NCBI RefSeq assembly: GCF_006345805.1
Contig: NW_021832131.1
Coordinates: forward strand, 1-62,305
DNA length: 62,305 nucleotides
Direction of reading: 5' to 3'
Origin: Octopus sinensis
Taxonomy: Eukaryota
Shown here: positions 14,243 to 26,066 of the stretch, one piece after another
Layout: every line of letters starts with the position of its first letter
Numbering within the stretch: position 1 is the first letter of the stretch
Notes under the pieces: generated by a model
What the model saw: the letters and a program-made list of their open reading frames with translations, nothing else
Database searches by the model: none
Told to the model about the DNA's origin: nothing
Translations under genes and position numbers: made by a program

Positions 14243-14466
14243 GTTAGTGTGTCTGTGTTTGTTCCCCCCAACATCGCTTGACAACCGATGCTGATGTGTT
14301 TACATCCCCGTAACTTAGCGTTTCGGCAAAAGAAACCGATAGAATAAGTACTGGGCTTAGAAAAGAATAAGTCCCGGGGCCGATTCACTCAACTAAAGGC
14401 GGTGCTCCAGCATGGCCACAACCAAAGGACAGAAACAAGTAAAAGAGTCAAAAGAGAGTAAAAGAG
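13876..14466 (+). mobile_element. SINE family B (tRNA-derived, internal TA/GT microsatellite, CR1-like tail)
   Basis: aggcgcaggagtggctg head, B-box ggttcagtccc, tail ggcggtgctccagcatggcc..gaaacaagtaaaagag. Further copies at 12199-12555 (-), 18494-18890, 20990-21586 (-), 23578-23972 (-), 26453-27050, 32617-32960 (-), 36307-36717, 50275-50672 (-), 61630-62040. Confidence 0.88.
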
Positions 14467-14655
14467 TGTATATCTCCAAGGGGAACAACTCTCATCCTTC
14501 CACAAGCTGCTTCCGCTAGAGAGCTCCACATCGTTGTTGTCTATTTCTTCCACCAACCTCGACTTCCTGTCTCACCAAGGTTACCCTCACGGCTCGCTCG
14601 ATCATGGTCTCCTTCTATTAAAACCGATCTCGTTTTTCCAGCGAAGCCCGGCATT

Positions 14656-14907
14656 ATGATGATAGTGGTCCGATCCATTGGTAAGGTCCATGCCGCCGGC
14701 ATCGGCCGTATCTCGCCTTCCTTGCTCCCTGTCCGGTCTCCCCTTGTGGCTTCCACCCAAATCGCGAATCTCACTTCGCCGACTTTGCATCGACAAGAAG
14801 AGCAGAAGGTCAAACCGTGGCCGTACAAGGAAAGGGTCTACAACCAGTTCTGGCAGTTCTTCGACCATACCTCCAAAAGATTCACCGACAACAGCCGCAT
14901 CATTGTG
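14656..14907 (+). CDS. NDUFA10: NDUFA10 exon 1 ([10 protein letters not shown]...[32 protein letters not shown]), mitochondrial targeting peptide
   Basis: ATG at 14656 in a locally GC/CpG-rich unique segment; donor gtg|gtaaat at 14908, phase 0. Confidence 0.9.
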
Positions 14908-15011
14908 GTAAATATATTTATTTATTTATATATAGTTGTTACTGTTGTGGGAATTGGAAGGTTTCCTAGGTTTGGATTCGAACCTCGAACCACTTCGACG
15001 TATTGGATCTA

Positions 15012-15071
<60 letters not shown>

Positions 15072-15380
15072 CTATCTCTCTCTCTTATATATATATATAT
15101 ATATATATAATATATTTAATTTTAAATTTAAAATGAAGGTGAGAAATTAGCATATGGGTGTCCACATAGTGGTTTCCCTCTCGTGACTTCGTGTGTACCG
15201 TTGGCGATTTTTTTTTCCTCCGTCTTCCCTTCTCTGGATCTTTCCTTCTCCTATGTTTCCGACGAAGAGCTCCGCTCGAAACGTTAAACCCTCCTTCTTT
15301 CCTGAGCGTCCAATAATACTATATTTGTTCCATGTCCTCGCGTTGTTGTGTTTTCTCTTTGTGTTTTCATGTTTGGATTA

Positions 15381-15423
<43 letters not shown>

Positions 15424-15458
15424 CTACATATATACATACATATATATTATATATATAT

Positions 15459-15554
<96 letters not shown>

Positions 15555-18500
15555 GGGTGTCCCAGAAGTCGTGCACCATTCTGGTTTTCATTTAAAATAA
15601 TTAAAGCATTTTATTTAATATTTTCTTCTACATGTTTTATTGTAGAGGGTGCTCAATTTGAGCATTTGTTACGATTAATTTCAATAAAGTGTATTCTTAA
15701 AAAAAAAAAAACAGGGTGGTGCGCGACTTCTGGGACACCCTATGTGTGTGTGTGTGTATATATATATATACAAAGTATTGTATGTTTGCAAGTGAGTCTA
15801 TTCTTTTGCTGGTTTCAGTGAGATTTAGCTGCTGTTTCTAGCAAATGAAAGAACCTGAAGCTTACACAGTACAATTGTTGTTGAAGTGTAATTGAGTAGA
15901 TCGATTATCAAATGCTCTCCAGCCATGACCATCCTGTCTGAATCCTTCTTCCTTCCTTCCTTCCTTGTTTCAGCCTTATGGAGTTGTAGGAGGTATGAGC
16001 GTCATGAAATGCAGTGTGTCTCAGACATTCTAATCCTGGCCTAGTGGTTAGGGCGTTGCATTCATGATCGCAAGATTCCGGTTTCAATCCTCAGACTGGG
16101 TGACGCGATGTATCTTTGAGCAACATACTTCATTTCATGTTGCCACAGTCCACTCAGCTGTAAATGATTAACCCCGTGATGCACTGCTGTCCCGTCCGGG
16201 GGTTTATTGTGGTCTGGGTCACTTCTATGCTGTCGAAACCGAGTACTGGAGGTGCATGGCTTAGTGGTTAGAGTGTTGGACTCGTTCAGGATCGCAAGAT
16301 TGTGGTATTGATTCCTGGACCGGGCGACACATTGTGTTCTTGAGCAAAACCCTTCATTCCCCATTGGTCCAGTCTACTCAGCTGTAAGTGGGTCACCCTG
16401 CGTGGACTAGTGGTTAGGATGTTAGGCTCATGAACACAAAGTTGTGGTTTCAATTATCACCCAGGTTGGGCATCGTGTTCTTGAGCAAGACACTTCATTC
16501 CCCATTGGTTCAGTTCACTCAGCTGTAAGTGGGTCACCCTGCTATGGACTGACATCCTGTTTATCATCATTTAACGTCTGTGTTTCATGCTGGTATGGGT
16601 TGGACAGTTTGACAGGATCCAAAGGTGGCGAGCTGGCAGAATCGTTAGCACACCAGGCAAAATGCTTAGCAGTATTTCGTCTGCCGTTACGTTCTAGGTT
16701 CAAATTCCGCCAAGGCCGACTTTGCCTTTCATCCTTTCGGGGTCGATAAATTAAGTACCAGCTACGCACTGGGGTCAATGTAATCGACTTAATCCGTCTG
16801 TCTGTCCTTGTTTGTCCCCTCAATGTTTAGCCCCTTATGAGTAATAAAGAAATAGGTATTACGTCTGCCACTACGTTCTGAGTTCAAATTCTGCTGAGGT
16901 CGACTTTGCCTTTCATTCTTTCGGGGTCGATAAATTAAGTACCAGCTACGCACTGGGGTCGATATAATCGACTTAATATCCATGTCTGTCCTTGTTTGTC
17001 CTCTCTGTGTTTAGCCCCTTGTGGGTAGTAAAGAAATGTGTATTTCGTCTGCCGTTGCGTTCTGAGTTCAAATTCCGCCAAGGTCGACTTTGCCTTTCAT
17101 CCTTTCAGGGTCGATAAATTAAGTACCAGTTACGCACTGGGGTCGATGTAATCGACTTAATACCCATGTCTGTCCTTGTTTGTCCGCTCTGTGTTTAGAT
17201 CCTTGTGGGTAGTAAAGAAATGGGTATTACGTCTGCCGTTACGTTGTAAGTTCGAATTCCGCCGAGGTCGACTTTGCCTTTCATCCTTTCAGGGTCGATA
17301 AATTAAGTACCAGTTACACATTGGGGTCGATGTAATCGACTTAATACCTATGTCTGTCCTTGTTTGTCCCCTCTATGTTTAACCCCTTGTGGGTAGTAAA
17401 GAAATAGGTATTTCGTCTGCCGCTACGTTCTGAGTTCAAATTCCACCAAGGTCGACTTTGCCTTTCATCCCTTCGGGGTCAATAAATTAAGTACCAGTTG
17501 CATACTGGGGTCGATCTAATAGACTGGACCCCTTCCCCAAAAATTTAAGGCCTCGTAGAAAAGAATATGGTGCTTTTTACTTGCCACCAGCCCTGGGACC
17601 ACAACTACAATTTCCATTTGATTGTGATTTGATTTGATTTGATATTTATCCGTTGTTATGTTCTGAGTTCAAATTCCACCATGGTCAACTTTGCCTTTCA
17701 TAATTTCAGGGTTGATAAAATTAGTTTCACTCGAGTGAAAGTAATCGACTTAGACCTTCACTCAAAATTGCTGGCCTTGTGCCAAAATATGAAACCAGTA
17801 TCTCAAACAATCTGTTTTTATGCCTTTATGTTCTGAGTTCAGATTCCGCCATGGTCAACTTTGCCTTTCATAATTTCAGGGTTGGTAAAATTAGTTTCAC
17901 TCGAGTGAAAGTAATCGACTTAGACCTTCACTCACAATTGCTGGCCTTGTGCCAAAATTTGAAACCATTATCTCAAACAATCTGTTTTTATGTCTTTATG
18001 TTCTGAGTTCAAATTCCGCCATGGTCAACTTTGCCTTTCATAATTTCAGGGTTGATAAAATTAGTTTCACTGGAGTGAAAGTAATCGATTTAGATCCTCA
18101 CTCAAAATTGCTGGCCTTGTGCCAAAATTTGAACCCAACATCTCAAATAATCTATTTTTACTTTCAGGTCGATGGCAATATTGCTAGCGGCAAAACAGAA
18201 TTTGCAAAGCAAGTTGCTGAAAGCTTTGACCTTCATTACATGCCTGATATTCATCCCGATGAAGTGTGGTTCCGAGACAATGGTTTTGACATGAGAGAAC
18301 TTGATGATCAGTTTACACAACCTGCCAATGTGTCGTACGACCTCAAGAAGTTCTTAAGCGATCCTGACCCCAAGAAGAGCCTGAAGTTAGGGAGGCCCCA
18401 AATGCTTCTGTACCAACTGCGGTTCTTCAATTACGTATCTGCATTGGAACATCTCCTGAACACAGGCAAGTTTTTTATTATTCTCTCTGTGATAGGCGCA

Positions 18501-21500
18501 GGAGTGGCTGTGCGGTAAGTAGCTTGCTTACCAACCACATGGTTCCGGGTTCAGTTCCACTGCGTGGCATCTTGGGCAAGTGTCTTCTGCTATAGCTCCG
18601 GGCCGACCAATGCCTTGTGAGTGGATTTGGTAGACGGAAACTGAAAGAAGCCTGTCGTATATATGTATATATATGTAAGTGTGTGTGTGTATGTTTGTGT
18701 GTCTGTGTTTGTCCCCCTAGCATTGCTTGACAACTGATGCTGGTGTGTTTACGTCCCCGTCATTTAGCGGTTCGGCAAAAGAGACCGATTGAATAAGTAC
18801 AAAGAATAAGTCCCGGGGTCGATTTGCTCGACTAAAAGGCGGTGCTCCAGCATGGCCGCAGTCAAATGACTGAAACAAGTAAAGAGAGAGCCTTATGAAG
18901 TAAACAGTCCGGTTCTCACAGACGACTTGTTGAGAAGAATCGACAAAGTCTATAAGGAAAAGCTCTTTCTTTCAATCTGAATGCATTTTACATGGAAGTT
19001 TCGGTCTTAAATTTCCAACTTGTTCGCTTTAGAATGAAGTATAATGAAAACTGATTGAAACCTAAGTGGCTGAGTATCTCCACCACAAAAAAAAAAAAAA
19101 AAAAAAGAAGAAAAGAAAAAGGTTTACTATACAGTATTGTCCCCCTTTTTATCTCTCTCTCTTTCTGTCCCCTCAGGTCAAGGTGTTGTAATGGAAAGGA
19201 GTGTTTACAGTGACATGGTGTTTGCGGAAGTTTTTACCCAGCTTGGTTATATGAGACCACAAGGTAAGATGACAACAACTACAACAACTGTTACTCTCTC
19301 ACTCTCTCTCTCACTCTCTTTCTCACTCTCTCTCACCCTCTCTCTCTCTTTCTCACTCTCTCTCTCTCTCTCACTCTCTCTCACCCACTCTCTCTCTCAC
19401 TCTCTCTCTCTCACCCTCTCTCTCATACCCTCTCTCTCTTTCTCACTCTCTCTCTCTCTTTCTCACTCTCTCTCTCTCTCTCACTCTCTCTCTCTCACCC
19501 TCTCTCTCACACCCTCTCTCTCTCTTTCTCACTCTCTCTCTCACCCTCTTCTTCCATCTCTCCCACCTCTCTCTCACCCACTCTCTCTCACCCTCACTCT
19601 CTCACCCTCACTCTCTCTCTCTCACCCTCTCTCTCTCACCCTCTCTCTCTCTCACTCTCTCTCTCTCACCCTCTCTCTCACTCTCTCTCTCACCCTCTCT
19701 CTCTCACTCTCTCTCTCTCACCCTCTCTCTCACTCTCTCTCTCACCCTCTCTCTCACTCTCTCTTGCCCTCTCTCTCTCACTCTCTTTTTCACTCTCTCT
19801 CACCCTCTCTCTCTCACTCTCTCTCACCCTCTCTCTCTCACTTTTCTCTCACCCTCTCCCTCTCACTTTCTCTCTCACCCTCTCTCACCCTCTCCCACTC
19901 TCTCTCAATTTTATTTCATTGCTTCACTGGTTTCATTCAATAGGCTGTGGCCATGCTAGAACATCACCAGTTCCATCAATGACTCAAGTACAGGTACAAC
20001 ACTGACTTCCTGGATTCTGATGGTCCAGAACCGCTTATAATCCTCCCTAATTTACAAGCAGGAACGCCCAAGTCCCTGCAGCTGCCAAACCAGTTTACTG
20101 GACGGCCCTCTTGCACTGTACCTTGCAAAATACAGTATTAATAAACTTGTATCATCTATTCTCCTGTACAGGCTGCCGGTGGCACGTAAAAAGCACCTTC
20201 CGATCGTGGCTGTTGCCAGCCTCGCCTGGCCCCCGTGCTGGTGGCACGTAAAAAGCACCATCCGATCGTGGCCTTGCCTGGCCACCGTGCTGGTGGCACG
20301 TAAAAGGCACCATCCGATCGTGGCCGTTGCCAGCCTCGCCTGGCCCCCCATGCTGGTGGCACGTAAAAAGCACCATCCGATCGTGGCCGTTGCCAGCCTC
20401 GCCTGGCCCCCGTGCCAGTGGAACGTAAAAAGCACCATTCGATCGTGGCCGTTGCAAGCCTTGCCTGGCCCCCGTGCTGGTGGCATGTAAAAAGCACCAT
20501 CCGATCATGGCCATTGCCAACCTCGCCTGGCCCCTGTGCCGGTGGCACGTAAAGAGCACCATCCGACCGTGGCCGTTTGCCAGCCCCGTCTGGCACGTAA
20601 AAAGCACCCACTACACTCATGGAGTGATTGGCGTTAGGAAGGGCATCCAGCTGTAGAAACATTGCCAGATCAGACTGGGCCTGGTGCAGCCTCCTGGCTT
20701 CCCAGACCCCAGTCGAACCGTCCAACCCGTGCTAGCATGGAAAGCGGACGCTAAATGATGATGATGATGATGATGATTTAACATCCATTTTCCATGCTGG
20801 CATGGGTTGGACAGTTTGACATGGAGCTGACTAGCAGGGAGTTGACCAGATTCCGGCTATCTGTTGCGACATGGTTTCTATGGCTGGATGCCCTTCCTAA
20901 TGCCAACCACTTTACAGTGTGTACTGGGTGCTTTTTACGTGCCATCAGCACCTGTAAAGGACCAACCTGTATATGGGGGGGACAGTGATTTTATTTAGCC
21001 TTTTTTTCTTTCTTTTTCTTTTTCCTTGTTTCAGTCATTTTGACTGCGGCCATGCTGGAGCACCGCCTTTAATCGAGCAACTCGACCCTGGGACTTATTC
21101 TTTTGTAAGCCCAGTACTTATTCTATCGGTCTCTTTTTGCCGAACCGCTAAGTGACGGGGACGTAAACACACCAGCATCGGTTGTCAAGCAATGCTAGGG
21201 GGACAAACACAGACACACAAACACATACACACATGCATATATATATACATATATACGACGGGCTTCTTTCAGTTTCCGTCTACCAAATTCACTCACAAGG
21301 CTTTGGTCAGCCCAAGGCTATAGTAGAAGAAACTTGCCCAAGGTGCCACGCAGTAGGACTGAACCCGGAACCATGTGGTTGGTAAGCAAGCTACTTACCA
21401 CACAGCCACTCACATATATACGACGGGCTTCTTTCAGTTTCCGTCTACCAAATCCACTCACAAGGCTTTGGTCGGCCCGATGCTATAGTAGAAGACACTT

Positions 21501-24330
21501 GACCAAGGTGTCACGCAGTGGGACTGAACCCTGGAACCATGTGGTTGGTAAGCAAGCTACTTACCACACAGCCACTCCTGCGCCTGACATGTCTTATCTA
21601 CACATCTGGTCCCTAATCATTTCCTCAGCAAAGCTCAGTATCTGAAGATCCTTTCTCATCACTTTTAGATACTCTGGGGTTGTTTTTTTTAAAGTGTCCT
21701 TCGCCTGTTTTTCAGCCCTCCAGTATTACACCAACATGCTACGTAAATACACTATTTGTGACTTGTGGAAACCACATCTCTTTATCTACCTGGATGCCCC
21801 GATTCCCTATCTCAGGGAAAGGATCAACAAACGAAGAATAGTAAGTATTGGTGATGGGGGGGATATTTGACTTGACCCTTTAGCATTTAACCCCTTAGCA
21901 TTCAGATTACTCTGTTAAATGTAAGGCTTATTTATTCACAGTTCTCTGAATTAATCATGTTTTATTTCATTGATTTGGAATTACGATGATACAATTGTGT
22001 ATTTTTAGAATGATATTGTAGGGCAGGTATGATAGGTTGGATCTATCCAGTTTGAACATAAAACAGAAACAATATTTTGGCCGGATACAGCCGGTTTAAA
22101 TACAAAAGAGTTAAACCGGCCATATCCGGCCAAAAGTATTCTACCTGTTTTATGTTCAAACTGGCCAGATCTGGTCTCTCACACCAACCCTAAAATGTTT
22201 TAAAAATTAACAGCTACCTCATCAAATTCTTATAGTTAAAAGATAATCCAGGATTAGTCCAAGACAATGTGGATAAAAAAGGATTAATTTGGGCAGAATA
22301 ATGCGAACACTAAAGGGTTAAACCTTTCATATGGGCCCACCACACAGCTCCTTTTGCCTCAGCCTCTATGCAGAGAAAGACCCTACAATATCGTTTTAAA
22401 AATTAACAGCTACCTATATCAAATTCTTATAGTTACAAGATAATGCCTAATTAGTTCAAGACAATGTGGATTAAAAAGGATTAATTTTGGCAGATTAATG
22501 CAAACACTAAAGGGTTAATATTGCAATTAAAATGTAAAACTCAGGGATGCATTTAATTACGAAATACACATTAACAATTGCTAATTAATTTCAAATAATT
22601 ATTAACAGGACTCCTCAAAGATTTGTGAGTAACCCTTTTACTCTAAACTGTAGTCTAGACTAACTACCAAACTACTGTTGCCTATACTGTAACTACCATG
22701 CTACAATAATGTAGATACCTATTTCTTTATTACCCACAAGGGGCTAAACATAGAGGGGACAAACAAGGACAGACAAACGGATTAAATCGATTACATTGAC
22801 CCCACTGCGTAACTGGTACTTATTTAATCGACCCCGAAAGGATGAAAGGCAAAGTCGACCTTGGCAGAATTTGAACTCAGAATGTAGCGGCAGACGAAAT
22901 ACCTATTTCTTTACTACCCACAAGGGACTAAACAAGGACAGACAAACAGATTAAGTCGATTATATCGACCCCAGTGCGTAACTGGTACTTATTTAATCGA
23001 CCCCGAAAGGCTGAAAGGCAAAGTCGACCTCGGCGGAATTTGAACTCAGAACGTAGCGGCGGACAAAATACCTATTTCTTTCCTACCCACAAGGGACTAA
23101 ACACAGAGGGGACAAACAAGGACAGACATAGGTATTAAGTCGATTACATCGACCCCAGTGCATATCTGGTACTTAATTTATCGATCCCGAAAGGATGAAA
23201 GGCCAAGTTGACCTCGGCGGAATTTGAACTCAGAACGTAACGGCAGACGAAATACTGCTAAGCATTTCGCCCGGCATGCTAATGATTCTGCCAGCTCACC
23301 GCCCTATATACGATAATGTATAACCCGTAGCGACAACACTTAATAGATATTATATACTGTAAATACAGCACCACTACATGGTATATACTATAGCCACAAC
23401 ATTATAGTGTATATACTTTAGTGACAATATTACTAGAGGCTATTTATACTGTAGCCACAACATTAGTAGAGGTTATATACTGTAGCCACAACACTAGTAG
23501 ATGCTACTTATCAGACATGAATAATTTACAAAGAAGTAATTTCGATATTATTGTTAAAAGTACTATTTTGGTCATATTTACTCTTTACTCTTTTACTTGT
23601 TTCAGTCATTTGACTGCGGCCATGCTGGAGCACCGCCTTAAATCGAGCAACTCGACCCCGGGACTTATTCTTTGTAAGCCCAGTACTTATTCCATCGGTC
23701 TCTTTTGCCGAACCGCTAAGTGATGGGGACATAAACACACCAGCATCGGTTGTCAAGCGATGTTGGGGGGACAAACACAGACACAAACATACACACACAT
23801 ACATATATACGACGGGCTTCTTTCAGTTTCCGTCTACCAAATCCACTCACAAGGCTTTGGTCAGCCTGAGGCTATAGTAGAAGACACTTGCCCAAGGTGC
23901 CACGCTGTGGGACTGAACCCGGAACCATGTGATTTGTAAGCAAGCTACTTACCACACAGCCACTCCTACGCCTATGTATTAATTTTATTTTTATTATTCT
24001 CTCTGTGACAGCCTTACGAAGTAAACAGTCCGGTTCTCACAGACGACTTCTTAAGAAGAATCGACAAAGTCTATAAGGAAAAGCTCTTTCCTTCTATGAA
24101 GTAAGTTTGGTAAAATTCCTTTTGCAAAAATGTTCATCTTTCTTTTCTTCTTCCCTCCTCTCTCCATCTCTGTTTCACTTCTTGTGTTTCAGAACAATGG
24201 TTCTAAATCTTACTTGGTTGCTAGCGCCTCCTTGTGGAGAATTATGAGCTCACAGTGTATCCTTTGCATGTTTACGATGCAAGTGTGTATTTTGAGGGAG
24301 ATTTGGCTGCCATTTTTGTCAAGCTTAGCG

Positions 24331-24368
<38 letters not shown>

Positions 24369-25329
24369 GATTTTTTTTCCTCTGTCTTCCCTTCTCTGGA
24401 TCTTTCCTTCTCCTATGTTTCCGATGAAGAGCTCCGCTCGAAACATAAAACCCTCATTCTTCCCTTCTTTCCTGAGTGTCCAATAATACTTTATTTGTTC
24501 CACGTCCTTGCGTTGTTTTTTTGTTTTCTTGTTTGGATTAACTTTATGTATATATATATATATACACAACTTATAAACAAGGGCAAAGGAAAATTATTTC
24601 TATGCCAATATGCTGATAACAGACTTTTAAATCGTCAATTTCCACATATTATATACCCACTACAGAAATACGTTGTGCTGAAATCAAGGAAAGCTAGCCA
24701 ACAGAATTCTTTTTAAAAGTTTGTTATTTCTATATTGAATCAATTTTGGAATTAATCTCATAATAGATTTTTTCCTCTTCAGTAGAAAATACGAATAGAA
24801 ATAAATGAAATACTTACATGCGCCCATGTAAAAAAAAAAATTCTGTTGGCTAGCTTTCCTCGATTTCAGCACAACGTATTTCTGTAGTGGGTATATAATA
24901 ATATGTGGAAATTGACGATTTAAAAGTCTGTTATCAGCATATTGGCATGGAAATAATTTTCCTTTGCTCTTGTTTATAAGTTGTTTATAATTTTAACCTT
25001 TAAAGGTATTTAATATGCTGCCACTTTGATAAAAAAAATTTTCTGTAAAAAAACTTCATCCTATATTAGTAGTATATATATATATATAATATATATATAT
25101 ATACACACATATATATATACACATATATATATATGTGCGGGTGGCACGTAAAAAGCACCCACTACACTCACGCAGTGGTTGGCGTTAGGAAGGGCATCCA
25201 GCCGTAGAAACACTGCCAGATCAGACTGGGCCTGGTGCAGCCTTCAGGCTTCCCAGACCCCAGTTGAACCATCCAACCCATGCTAGCATGGAAAGCGGAC
25301 GCTAAATGATGATGATGATATATACACAT

Positions 25330-25412
<83 letters not shown>

Positions 25413-26025
25413 TATATTAAATTAGAGACAAAACCAGTGTTAGGCAAATCAAACAATGAAAAACTTAAGCCAATACATAAGATTATTTAATTTATATTAT
25501 TTAAATATATAACAAAATTATTAAAAAAATATAATTAATATCACACTATGATCGTTTCATGCCTGCTAACTTCTTCAGATTTTTGAGTCGCAGTCATTCA
25601 TCAGGTGGTTTAAATATCTAAAATATAATCAATATTTTTAAGATATAAATAATATATATAATATAATAATTTTACTTATAATAAACTCTATTATTAAATA
25701 TGATTATATCAAAATTGACTATAATGTTAAATATTAACTTTAATTTATAAGGTAGAAAACCCATAATCTAATATCAATATTTGTCTATATCTAATTACAT
25801 AAATATTTAAAATGACTAATATATATAAATTATCAATGAAAATATATATAAATATTATAATCAAGATCTAAAATAATCTCTAAAAATAATTGTATATAAT
25901 GAAAACCTAATAAATTTAATTTTTCATATTTGTCTCTAATTTAATATAATATAATATTTTTCTATAAAATTGGATTCAATCCTAAATCTGATTTTTCCCT
26001 GTAAGTTTGGATTTATTCCCTAATA

Positions 26026-26066
<41 letters not shown>

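Noticed and set aside
17949-18518. ORF-track 189-aa protein as a single-exon kinase
   Set aside because: Only 18168-18465 is exon; the N-terminal part is the 170-bp intronic repeat.
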